Of a stretch of DNA of 38,017 nt, positions 31,001 through 38,017 are shown one piece after another. The DNA is from a virus. The notes beneath the pieces were generated by a model, which worked only from the letters and a program-made list of their open reading frames with translations, ran no database searches and had not been told where the DNA came from. The translations under genes and the position numbers were made by a program. Position 1 is the stretch's first letter, and each line of letters begins with the position of its first letter. The stretch lies in IMG/VR virus record IMGVR_UViG_3300045988_122921, one strand, 5' to 3'.

Positions 31001-31270
31001 ATGGCTAATCAAATTGCGGATACACTTTCATTTGACAATGCTTTTTCAAATTTTAACTTTACTAGCCCCGAATTAGCATTAAACACTAATATGATGGGCG
31101 CTGCTAATTTAGGTAGCCAAATTGTAAACAATAGCAACCATGCAAAAACTTATAGTCCTACAATCAATATAAACATTGAACATGCAGATCTTTCTAATGA
31201 AAAATCAATTGAAGAAACTTCTCAACAATTGGCAACACTCACAGAACGACAAACAAGGGGGCGGTTATAA
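28001..31270 (+). CDS. Tape measure protein (1089 aa)
   Basis: Size and position, central TM segments, periodic W/F heptad- and undecad-like repeats, and an internal ~46-nt direct repeat (30428-30473 and 30560-30605). Confidence 0.92.
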   Translation: MADGSVVIDVDVNGKDVTGLNNQLDQLEGKSAKASRGIGDMVKAMGLVKLGSAAFDVLKGSIEGAVTRFDKLNQFPKVLTAMGASTDDATRATNKLKEGIDGLPTKLQDVSDTTQQMYSVFKDADLAADSTLALNNALLASGSSGEKAQRGTEQYMKILRTGKVELDSYTTLQETMGFGLDKLAEKFGFTGKSAQQDLYKALQSGQVTVEQFNQGLIDIQDGLGGTKEVARKTTEGIATSFSNLKNSITNGMANVLTKFDEIVTKVSGKSIAANLNSLKGIVNNTFSAITKSMDGLIPVIDSIKKAFADNQSIIKIFSDTFDQAFKIIGFIVYDVINILQRFWGEISKSSESSSLIDILSNVFTTLKDVVLDVLENIQYFFDILGSVDVPEKLGAAFNNLKDILFDSVEAVSNFFGSFNLGETSTSITETLIDTVLLLVDTFFKVTEKAKDFIKWIDSGSTASDVFKGVIVALGVAISGVVLYYKAWQTYINLVVKAQKAWNLITKIGTGIQTAFNAVMSVNPIFLIVGAIAALIAGLVYWITKTKSGQKAWKAFTDWLVKAWEGMVDFFKGVWEGITDIFDSAVKTVKELWKGTLDFFKKLGEDITSIFKSSIETVKDLWSGVTEFFQSLLDGIVSAFNTSVEFLKGIWQSAVDIFNAIWETIGPTVMIIVDGIVELWNNFTETITGIWEGIKTTAEGVWELIKSVIMGPILLLIDLITGDWEQLKEDLSMIWESIKEAGSMIWDGIQQIIGSYVEGVVNFVKTVWETGKNFLSDIWEGISNIASIVWDAITSTISNLAQSALDGAKNAWSGAKQWASDTWESVKQTSAETWDGIKTTVSESAKNALEWAKSAWSGAKQWAFDTWEGVKQATAEKWENTKSTVANLADATLRGMESAWSTAKSIASDIWEGVKETVKAAMDFDLFAAGRAIMESFTDGLKHAWEATKEFVSGIGDWIREHKGPISYDRKLLIPAGKAIMGGLNESLQASFKSVQKTIKPMANQIADTLSFDNAFSNFNFTSPELALNTNMMGAANLGSQIVNNSNHAKTYSPTININIEHADLSNEKSIEETSQQLATLTERQTRGRL

Positions 31271-32031
31271 TGGATTTAACGAATTATCCATATTTTCAAT
31301 TTAGAGGAAAAAAATCGAATGAATTCTCTATGCGAATAAGAAACGAAATGATGTTTACTATTCCAGAGGCCGCTCTGCAGTTTACAGAAATTGACGGAAG
31401 AAATTCCGATGTCATATACGATAAAGGAAAATATAACGACATTGAGAAAGTCTTTCCGGTAAGACTTTATAAACAACCAGATACAACCATTGCTGCGCAG
31501 TTAAGGGATATAGCTGCGTGGCTTTATTTATCGAAAGATTATGCCCCACTTATTTTTAGTGAATACAGCGAGTACTATTATAAAGCGCTAGGCTACAGCA
31601 AAGTAGATGCAGCAGACAAAACAAGAAGTTGGTTAGATGTTGATTTTGTTTTTAAGTGCCAGCCGTTCGTTTTTCGTCTTGATGGTGATGATGAAAGAGA
31701 TATAAAAAGTGGAGGTGGTATTAGGAATCCAGAAGCTTTTTCTAGTCTGCCAATTATAACTTTCAATAAAACTAGTAGTACACAAGATAGTAATATTTAT
31801 ATTAATGGCCAACAATTCAGGATTGCAAAAGAAGCTGGAACAGGAAAAATTACGCTAGATTGCGAAGAAGGCATTGCTTATAAAGATGGTGGCCTTAATA
31901 TCACAAAATATTGCTTTTTAAATACAGATGGTTATAACCCAATCACTCTGCCCCCAGGCGAAAGCATTATCAATTATACCTATATCACTGATTTTAAAAT
32001 TAAGCCAAAATGGAGGACTTTAGCCGTATGA
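31270..32031 (+). CDS. Distal tail protein (Dit)
   Basis: 253 aa, immediately after the tape measure gene with a TAATG overlap. Confidence 0.75.
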   Translation: MDLTNYPYFQFRGKKSNEFSMRIRNEMMFTIPEAALQFTEIDGRNSDVIYDKGKYNDIEKVFPVRLYKQPDTTIAAQLRDIAAWLYLSKDYAPLIFSEYSEYYYKALGYSKVDAADKTRSWLDVDFVFKCQPFVFRLDGDDERDIKSGGGIRNPEAFSSLPIITFNKTSSTQDSNIYINGQQFRIAKEAGTGKITLDCEEGIAYKDGGLNITKYCFLNTDGYNPITLPPGESIINYTYITDFKIKPKWRTLAV

Positions 32032-34295
32032 GCACGATTATTTTACATGATAAGAAAAATAACAATTGGAACTCCCTAGGCATAGGTCCTTTACAAGATG
32101 CAATAAATCCTCTTTCTACAAGGGAACGTAATGGTATTTATGATATGACATTCCAGTATCCAGTGGTAGGGAATTTGTTTCATGAGCTGAAAGTAGGAAG
32201 ATGGATAGTCGCTGACGCTGGACCGACATTGGTCGCTAAAAGTCAACGGTTTGAAATTGCACAAATTACAAAACCAATCAAAGGGATTGTCACTGTTTAC
32301 TGTGAGCATTATCGCTATAAATTGTTGCGCACAATGGTAAAAATCGGTTCCAAATATTCTAATATTTCGGCACAAACAGCATTGAATCAATTAAGAAGTC
32401 AGATGGAGCCTAAAAGTGATTTTACTTTTTACAGTGATGTGGGGACTACATCTTCAATTGATTTTACAGACCCCGCAAAATATAAAAATGCGCAAGAAGT
32501 TTTAGGCGGTGTCGCTGGTTCAATTTTAGATAATTTCGGTGGGGAATATCTTTTTAATAATAATCAAGTTCGCTTGTTAGCAAAAGCCGGTACCGATACG
32601 AATGTAGTCATTGCCTACGGTAAAAATTTAACAGATATTAATCAAGAGGAATCCATTGAAAATACGTATACTTCAATATATGGCTGGGCTAAAATCGGTA
32701 ATGGCGATGATGAAAAAGTAATCACTCTACCAGAAATATATATTGATAGTGACTATGTCAGTAATTATACGGAACGTAGAATACAAATGGTTGATTTTAG
32801 TGATAAAGAGCCAAAAGATGTTGAAGCTTTACGCGGCATGGTTAAATCGTTTATTAAGTCTAATAATGTGGGGATTCCTCGTGTGAGTATAAAAGCTAGT
32901 TATGTAGACTTAGCGAGTTCCGTCTCAGATGAACAACTTAAAAGCCTTGAGGTTGTAGATTTATGTGATTGGGTAACGGTTGCGTTTAATCAATTAAACA
33001 TTAATACAACGGCACAAATTGTAAAAACTGTGTGGAATATTTCTTTAGATCAATATGAGTCAATCGAATTAGGTGAAGCGAGAACTGATTTTGCTAAAGT
33101 AATTGAAGACTCAAAAGAAAATATTAATGATTTGTCAGACAAAATAGATTGGCTTGAACAAGCGCAAAAAGAAGCATCTGATATTATCAAAAATCCAGGA
33201 AAAGGTCATGTGCTCATATATCCGTCGCTTGCAGATCCTCAAGAACTATTAATTATGGATACGACAAGAATAAATACTGCTAGAAAAGTCTGGCGATGGA
33301 ATGTTGGAGGGCTGGGATTTAGCTCAACTGGATATAACGGTAACTATGAGTTAGCAATGACAAATAATGGGCTAATTGTTGCAGACAGGATGGCTACAGG
33401 AACATTGAGAGCTATTAACATTATAGGTGTGACAATTACAGGTAGTGACATTACAAGTGAAAGTGGCTATAACAAAATTATAATGTCAAAGGGAGCTATC
33501 AAGAACTACAATAATAATGTTTTAAAATCAACAATGGATGCTAACAAATTTTCAATATATGATTCTAGAGAAATTGAATTGATGCAACTAAACTCTGATG
33601 GTGTGCGATTTAACAAAGAAGGCACTTTAAATAAGTTAGGAGGTCTGGGTAGAGCATTTTCTACTTCTTTAGGCAAAGAAGAAATCCATATTTATTCTGA
33701 ACCAGGAGTGTTAGCAAGTGTCGGAGCAAAAAAAGTCTCAGGGAACGATGTTGAGAGACACTTTACAGTTTTTGACGCAGGGGTTCAAATATCAAATTTA
33801 AACATGGGTGGAAGTTATGTTGGAGGGTCTGGAGAAATAAAAAATTCAACATTGGTAAATACTAGTGTTAGTACAAAATTTACAGTGAATAACAATGTTA
33901 ACTTAGGATTTTACTCTAATTTAAACATGAATGGTTTTTCAATTCTAAATCAATCAGATGTTCGGCTAAAGGAGAATATAACAGATACGAAGATTGATGG
34001 TATCAAAGAAACCAAAAAGTTAAACTTTGTGGAATTTGATAGAAAGCAAAACTATAAAAGTAATAATCCAATAGAACAGCCTTCTAATAAAAGAGAACTT
34101 GGGCTAATTGCTCAATATTCACCATTTTTAAGTGTTAAACATAATGAAGACCACTATTTAAGTTTAGATATGAATAAACAAGTGATGCTTAACAGTTTAA
34201 CTAATAAACAGCTTATTGAAAAAATTGAACAATTAGAAAAAAAAATAAACAAGCCTAACAAGAATAGAAGAAAATATCATAGAGGAGGGATTTGA
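32028..34295 (+). CDS. Tail-associated protein (Tal, prophage-tail endopeptidase-type N-domain) with a C-terminal intramolecular-chaperone (S74-like) domain
   Basis: Position after Dit. ATGA-coupled start after GGAGGA. SDVRLKENI...ELGLIAQ motif from 33954 onward. Confidence 0.8.
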   Translation: MSTIILHDKKNNNWNSLGIGPLQDAINPLSTRERNGIYDMTFQYPVVGNLFHELKVGRWIVADAGPTLVAKSQRFEIAQITKPIKGIVTVYCEHYRYKLLRTMVKIGSKYSNISAQTALNQLRSQMEPKSDFTFYSDVGTTSSIDFTDPAKYKNAQEVLGGVAGSILDNFGGEYLFNNNQVRLLAKAGTDTNVVIAYGKNLTDINQEESIENTYTSIYGWAKIGNGDDEKVITLPEIYIDSDYVSNYTERRIQMVDFSDKEPKDVEALRGMVKSFIKSNNVGIPRVSIKASYVDLASSVSDEQLKSLEVVDLCDWVTVAFNQLNINTTAQIVKTVWNISLDQYESIELGEARTDFAKVIEDSKENINDLSDKIDWLEQAQKEASDIIKNPGKGHVLIYPSLADPQELLIMDTTRINTARKVWRWNVGGLGFSSTGYNGNYELAMTNNGLIVADRMATGTLRAINIIGVTITGSDITSESGYNKIIMSKGAIKNYNNNVLKSTMDANKFSIYDSREIELMQLNSDGVRFNKEGTLNKLGGLGRAFSTSLGKEEIHIYSEPGVLASVGAKKVSGNDVERHFTVFDAGVQISNLNMGGSYVGGSGEIKNSTLVNTSVSTKFTVNNNVNLGFYSNLNMNGFSILNQSDVRLKENITDTKIDGIKETKKLNFVEFDRKQNYKSNNPIEQPSNKRELGLIAQYSPFLSVKHNEDHYLSLDMNKQVMLNSLTNKQLIEKIEQLEKKINKPNKNRRKYHRGGI

Positions 34296-35767
34296 TGGCG
34301 AATAAGATATTAAATCTCGATTTTTCAAAGGATCCAATCATGCCACCGATTATTTATGGACGCGTCGGCGATGAAAAAATGCAAACAATTACTGTGAAAA
34401 TTTCTCGACGAGATGAGATACCAGATTTATCGGGTGGAATCATTACCTTTGAGGGAGAACCTGCAGGCGGAAAAGTGAAAGTTTTTGATTCTGAAAACGT
34501 CTCTTCTAATAACGCTGAATTGCAAAAAGGAACATTTGAATACACGTTTCCTAGTGCAGCGTTTAGCGTAGAAGGGACGTACAAAAGGGCATATTTTTCG
34601 TTTCAAAAAGATGGGAAAAGAGATACTACGGGAGACTTTAAAATCATTGTTAAAGGAAATGCTGACATTGATGCCGGAGAAGCTGAAACAATTATTACTG
34701 AATACAATAAACTTGTAAAAGCTTTGAATGAAGCATATCAAGCTGCACTAAATAAAATGAATACTGATTATGATGATGTTGAAAAACGTATTGAAGCGAT
34801 CAAGGTAGATTTAAATACGCTAAAAAAACAAATAACAGATATATTGGTGGATGCAGAAGGTCGCATTTCAGCCATTGGGAAGTCAGTAACAGATGAAGTT
34901 GATGCAGCACTTGAAAAGTTTAAAGAGGGAAACTTCTATACGAAACAGGAAGCTGATAATAGATTTTTAAGTAAAACGGAAAACCTTGACATTCAAAATA
35001 AAAAGTTAACTAATGATGATGGTTCAGGTCTACCTTTGCCAAAGGGAGTAACTTCATTTAAAGAATTATCAGGTTATGCTGGTTTTTATTATCTAGATGC
35101 TACAGTTGCGGGAACAATGACTGACAAAGCAGATTTGCCACCTGAATTTAAATATTCTGCTCTATATGTTTATCAACATGCCATTGCGGGCACTGCAGGA
35201 TCTATGTATCAAGAAATTAGAATGAATTCGTTAGCAACACCTTTAATTGCATTTAGAACGACTTCTCCTAATTCTTCTCAAAATAGTCCGTTCAAAGTTT
35301 TGGCTACTACAGATAGTGTTGTTAATTTATCGAATAATCAAGAAATCGCAGGTGTAAAGAATTTTTCAGACGGACTACAAATATCAGGTAAGAATTTAAC
35401 CGATTCTTTAATGGAAATGTTATTAAACGTAGGGAAAAAAATCTGGGAAGGCGCAGCCTATCTAAATGAGACTCAGTCTGTGAAACCAAGTATACCTTTA
35501 GACAAATGTTTTACAGGTTGGGTCGCATTGTACCAACCCTATGATAGTAATACGGGAAAAGCGCAGCCATGGGATTTGAATTATATGTTTATTCCCAAAA
35601 CTCATGCGGTGGATTATTCGGGTGTGGCTATTGTTCATCATTTGGAGACTTTAAATGGTGCGAAATTCAATAAGTATATTTATGTAACAAATACAGAAAT
35701 TAAAGGACATAAGAATAATGGAACTGCAGCGAAAGATTATGTGATTACAAAACTTTATTCTGTGTAA
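34292..35767 (+). CDS. BppU-family baseplate upper / receptor-binding protein
   Basis: N-terminus LNLDFSKDPIMPPIIYGRVGDEKMQTITVKI matches the BppU_N pattern, followed by a coiled-coil and a C-terminal head domain. Confidence 0.75.
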   Translation: MMANKILNLDFSKDPIMPPIIYGRVGDEKMQTITVKISRRDEIPDLSGGIITFEGEPAGGKVKVFDSENVSSNNAELQKGTFEYTFPSAAFSVEGTYKRAYFSFQKDGKRDTTGDFKIIVKGNADIDAGEAETIITEYNKLVKALNEAYQAALNKMNTDYDDVEKRIEAIKVDLNTLKKQITDILVDAEGRISAIGKSVTDEVDAALEKFKEGNFYTKQEADNRFLSKTENLDIQNKKLTNDDGSGLPLPKGVTSFKELSGYAGFYYLDATVAGTMTDKADLPPEFKYSALYVYQHAIAGTAGSMYQEIRMNSLATPLIAFRTTSPNSSQNSPFKVLATTDSVVNLSNNQEIAGVKNFSDGLQISGKNLTDSLMEMLLNVGKKIWEGAAYLNETQSVKPSIPLDKCFTGWVALYQPYDSNTGKAQPWDLNYMFIPKTHAVDYSGVAIVHHLETLNGAKFNKYIYVTNTEIKGHKNNGTAAKDYVITKLYSV

Positions 35768-35783
35768 TAAGAATATGAATAAG

Positions 35784-35810
35784 CCGTTTAGCGAAAGCTA
35801 GGCGGTTTTT
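35784..35810 (+). terminator. Terminator-like hairpin with a GAAA tetraloop, plus T5
   Basis: CCGTTTAGC-GAAA-GCTAGGCGG (9 bp, two G-U pairs) followed by TTTTT. Confidence 0.6.
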
Positions 35811-35830
35811 ATTATTGGAAGGTGGAACTT

Positions 35831-36229
35831 ATGACGATGTTTGATTACTTTAGACATTTTTTAGAAACAGAAGACACGAAAATTTTATTCATTTTAGCAT
35901 TAATTTGCACGGCGATGGTCATTGACTTTTTTACAGGAACCTTTGCGGCAAAAATCAACCCAGATATTGAATTTAAATCAAAAATAGGCATTAACGGCAT
36001 TTTACGAAAACTAACGAGTATTTTCCTACTCGTATTTTTTATTCCATTGTCGGTTATTGTGCCCGGGGGTGCAGGAGTTGCTTTATTATACACGCTTTAC
36101 CTTGGTTACTTATTAATGGAAATAAAATCCATCATGGAAAACTACCAAAAGATAGGCGGAAAAACGGATTTATTTCAGCGGTTTATTGACAGTTTTAAAC
36201 CATCAGATAGAGAGGACGATGACAAATGA
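35831..36229 (+). CDS. Holin (Phage_holin_4 / TcdE-like family)
   Basis: Three TM segments, the DFFTG...KSKIGINGILRK pattern, and a position before the lysin. Met codons at 35831 and 35837. The track start is GTG 35822. Confidence 0.85.
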   Translation: MTMFDYFRHFLETEDTKILFILALICTAMVIDFFTGTFAAKINPDIEFKSKIGINGILRKLTSIFLLVFFIPLSVIVPGGAGVALLYTLYLGYLLMEIKSIMENYQKIGGKTDLFQRFIDSFKPSDREDDDK

Positions 36230-36408
36230 CACTAACAGAAAAAGCGCAAGAGATCGTTTTGGTGTTAGAAAAAGAAGATCTTTCAAATCAAACAAAAAAA
36301 AGAATGGCTGTCGCAAAAATGAATGAGTGGGCATTGGCTACAAAAACAGAAGTAACAAATGAAGAAATCGAAAAAGAGATAGAAGGTGCTTACAATGGGC
36401 TTAAATAA
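36226..36408 (+). CDS. Small hypothetical protein, 60 aa, between holin and lysin
   Basis: Track ORF overlapping both neighbours. Confidence 0.55.
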   Translation: MTLTEKAQEIVLVLEKEDLSNQTKKRMAVAKMNEWALATKTEVTNEEIEKEIEGAYNGLK

Positions 36409-37222
36409 TCAATTGAGTGTGGAATGGTTCTTAGAGAGAGTCGGAAAAATAACCTATTCTATGGTTGGTTCTCGTAATGGAGCTGATGGAACAGCGGATT
36501 GTTCAGGATCAATGACGCAGTCTATTAAAGATTCTGGAGGAGTAAACTATGACTACTTGTATTCAACGGTAACACTAGGAAACTATTTAGATAAAAACGG
36601 GTATCAACGTATTTCGGTGAATCAAGATTGGCACGCACAAAAAGGAGATGTTGTTCTCATGAGTTGGGGAGCTGATATGTCTTCAAGCGGCGGAGCTGGC
36701 GGCCACGTTGGTGTCATGATGAACGCTACTGATTTTATTAGTTGTGATTATTGGACCGGAGGACAACCAGGAACAGCGATTACTCAGCATAATTGGGATG
36801 AGTATTATGCGGCTACCAAGCCAAATTACATTGAGGTTTGGCGATTTCAGAACAATCAACCCACTCCACCAGTTCCTCCAGCACCTAAGCCAACTAAGCG
36901 ACGTTATGGATACCGAGTAGATGACTTACAGTTCGTGAACGGACTTTGGCAAGTAAGAAATGATGTGTTGGGACAGCCAGATTTTGACTGGACAGAAAAC
37001 GGGATTAACGTTGCCTATATTGATAAAATCAATCCAGCAACAGGAGAGAATACACCGGATCAAGAATTAAAAGTCGGCGACTACTTTTCTTTTCAACCGT
37101 CATCCGTAGGGATTATTACCGAACAACACTCTTTGAATGGAAAAACAATTTCACATGTGCAATTCCCTGACGAGTTTATTTGGTTGTACACAGAAAGTGT
37201 TGAAAAATTAATTTATGGATAA
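36395..37222 (+). CDS. Endolysin: Amidase_5-type catalytic domain plus a C-terminal cell-wall-binding domain
   Basis: VGSRNGADGTADCSGSMTQSIKDSGG and GGHVGVMM give a Cys/His pattern. A PTPPVPPAPKPT linker precedes an SH3b/TRD-like C-terminus. ATG 36395 follows GAAGGTG. Confidence 0.88.
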   Translation: MGLNNQLSVEWFLERVGKITYSMVGSRNGADGTADCSGSMTQSIKDSGGVNYDYLYSTVTLGNYLDKNGYQRISVNQDWHAQKGDVVLMSWGADMSSSGGAGGHVGVMMNATDFISCDYWTGGQPGTAITQHNWDEYYAATKPNYIEVWRFQNNQPTPPVPPAPKPTKRRYGYRVDDLQFVNGLWQVRNDVLGQPDFDWTENGINVAYIDKINPATGENTPDQELKVGDYFSFQPSSVGIITEQHSLNGKTISHVQFPDEFIWLYTESVEKLIYG

Positions 37223-37288
37223 AAAATTCTTGTCTGAAAGTAAAAATAATAGTATATTAGACCTACAATAAAGGAGTCATTCACTTAA

Positions 37289-37319
37289 ACCGTCCTTGCC
37301 AAGGGACGGTTTTTGTTTT
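37289..37319 (+). terminator. Late-operon terminator
   Basis: ACCGTCC-TTGCCAAG-GGACGGT followed by TTTTGTTTT. Confidence 0.7.
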
Positions 37320-37434
37320 ACAGAAAAAATCCTATATAGTATGATTTATTCAGTGATGACATTCACTATTGAATCTCAATTAATGGCAAAATCTCCCACC
37401 ATCATACGACAGATTGTGGGCGATTTTGTTTTCA

Positions 37435-37508
37435 GGACCATTAGCTCAGTTGGTTAGAGCCAATCGCTCATAACGGTTAGGCCACAGGTTCGAGTCCTGT
37501 ATGGTCCA
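37435..37508 (+). tRNA. tRNA with CAU anticodon (elongator Met, or Ile2 if lysidine-modified)
   Basis: GGACCAT-TA-GCTC-AGTTGGTTA-GAGC-C-AATCG-CTCATAA-CGGTT-AGGCC-ACAGG-TTCGAGT-CCTGT-ATGGTCC-A is a canonical cloverleaf. It is not initiator-like (1:72 is paired, and there is no GGG/CCC anticodon stem). Confidence 0.9.
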
Positions 37509-37514
37509 TAACGA

Positions 37515-37551
37515 AAGCCTCGCTCCTAGATAAGAGTGAGGCTTATTTTTT
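37515..37551. terminator. Bidirectional terminator between the tRNA and the convergent small ORF
   Basis: 11-bp stem AAGCCTCGCTC/GAGTGAGGCTT followed by ATTTTTT on the plus strand. A-rich 5' flank. Confidence 0.65.
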
Positions 37552-37798
37552 ATGCATTTACTAAAGATTTTCTTACAAGCATTTTATCAATTACAAGTTG
37601 ATTTCTTTTATTCAAATGACCATAGACAGCTAGTTCAGATTGTTCAGGTAACATTAGTAGCGTATTTGCCAGTTCGTATTTGGAGACGATACAGTTTATA
37701 GTTTCGTCCTGTGTTACTAATGAGAATCGAACTAGCATTTTTGGGTGCATACTTAACATTCTAATCTTTTCAACTACTCCTACATAATTAGTTTTCAT
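37550..37798 (-). CDS. Small cargo protein, 82 aa, possibly an OB-fold
   Basis: AGGAGG RBS (rc 37807-37812). The pattern VGVVEKIR...VRFSLVTQDETINCIV...AVYGHLNKRNQLVIDKM resembles small OB-fold domains; this call is weak. Confidence 0.6.
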   Translation of the reverse strand: MKTNYVGVVEKIRMLSMHPKMLVRFSLVTQDETINCIVSKYELANTLLMLPEQSELAVYGHLNKRNQLVIDKMLVRKSLVNA

Positions 37799-37821
37799 GA
37801 TATCGTCCTCCTATTGATCTT

Positions 37822-37851
37822 ATTATACCGAATGTATGTTCTTATTGTCTA
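37822..37851 (-). promoter_or_regulatory. Promoter of the 37550-37798 gene with a Cheo-box-like element in the spacer
   Basis: On the minus strand: TAGACA, 18 nt, TATAAT. The spacer contains GAAC-ATAC-ATTC (plus-strand GAATGTATGTTC, 37830-37841). Confidence 0.55.
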
Positions 37852-37996
37852 TCATTTTACAAAACTGTAATATTTGACTACCATTTGAATACCATAATGG
37901 TGTGAAAAGTTGTGGAACATTTGTAGTTGAATAAAACATAAACGGCTTTGTATCAGCGTTTATTTGTGTTTTAGTGAGTAATTTGTACTTGTGATT

Positions 37997-38017
37997 TATT
38001 TCTTGTTAAAATACTAA
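37997..38017. repeat. attR core: second copy of the 21-bp direct repeat
   Basis: Identical to 1-21. Confidence 0.8.

Noticed and set aside
35831-35839. Dual-start (Met-Thr-Met) holin/antiholin motif
   Set aside because: Two Met codons sit 2 codons apart, as in lambda S. The extra residues add no positive charge, so a functional antiholin cannot be argued from sequence alone.
37391-37432. Hairpin CCCAC...GTGGG plus a T-run just upstream of tRNA(CAU), considered as the true prophage end or a host terminator
   Set aside because: The 21-bp repeat and an arm-type site lie further right, so the tRNA is provisionally kept inside the element. Only comparison with an empty site can settle this.
1-38017. 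CRISPR arrays, transposases or IS elements, reverse transcriptase (retron/DGR), and classical multi-gene defence systems
   Set aside because: There is no repeat-spacer periodicity and no transposase-like or RT-like ORF. All repeated motifs found are short regulatory or RNA-structural repeats.

Overview
The window is one complete, AT-rich temperate siphovirus-type prophage of about 38 kb from a low-GC Firmicute. Gene content looks Lactobacillales or Enterococcus-like, but this rests on remembered motifs, not a search. It is bounded by an exact 21-bp direct repeat (1-21 and 37997-38017), read as attL and attR.

Gene order, left to right:
- Tyrosine integrase and two small cargo genes (minus strand).
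- A cI-like (HTH plus S24 peptidase) and Cro-like switch with three 14-bp operators.
- An early region of small ORFs with a Rha-type antirepressor.
- A recombination and replication module: Erf, a DUF1351-like protein, an HNH-like protein, a replisome organizer with internal iterons, and MazG.
- A modification block: a very short C5-MTase-like gene, a truncated N6-MTase-like gene lacking the NPPY motif, a second tyrosine recombinase, and a SANT/Myb-like protein.
- YopX and small ORFs, then the ArpU-family late regulator.
- A roughly 1.65-kb mostly non-coding RNA island.
- The late operon: terS, terL, SPP1-type portal, minor head protein, scaffold, major capsid, neck proteins, major tail, Ig-like protein, chaperones, a 1089-aa tape measure, Dit, Tal, a BppU-like receptor-binding protein, holin and an Amidase_5-type endolysin.
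- A right-end cargo of tRNA(CAU) plus a small minus-strand ORF.

The most unusual content:
1. The RNA island at 16003-17655. It holds two paralogous promoter-proximal structured RNAs whose helices differ by compensatory changes, a 130-nt tRNA-like RNA, a variant tRNA-Lys(UUU), and two tandem minus-strand sRNA units. A further sRNA candidate lies at 15243-15429.
2. Twin paralogous -1 frameshift modules (C CCA AAA, a 6-nt spacer, then a bulged hairpin) at the 3' ends of both the capsid and the tail-tube genes. Both would add the same conserved 24-aa peptide.
3. Twin palindrome-bearing leaders in front of the two MTase-like genes, and a pseudo-MTase translationally coupled to the second recombinase.

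All family names come from motif recognition by eye. No database search was run.
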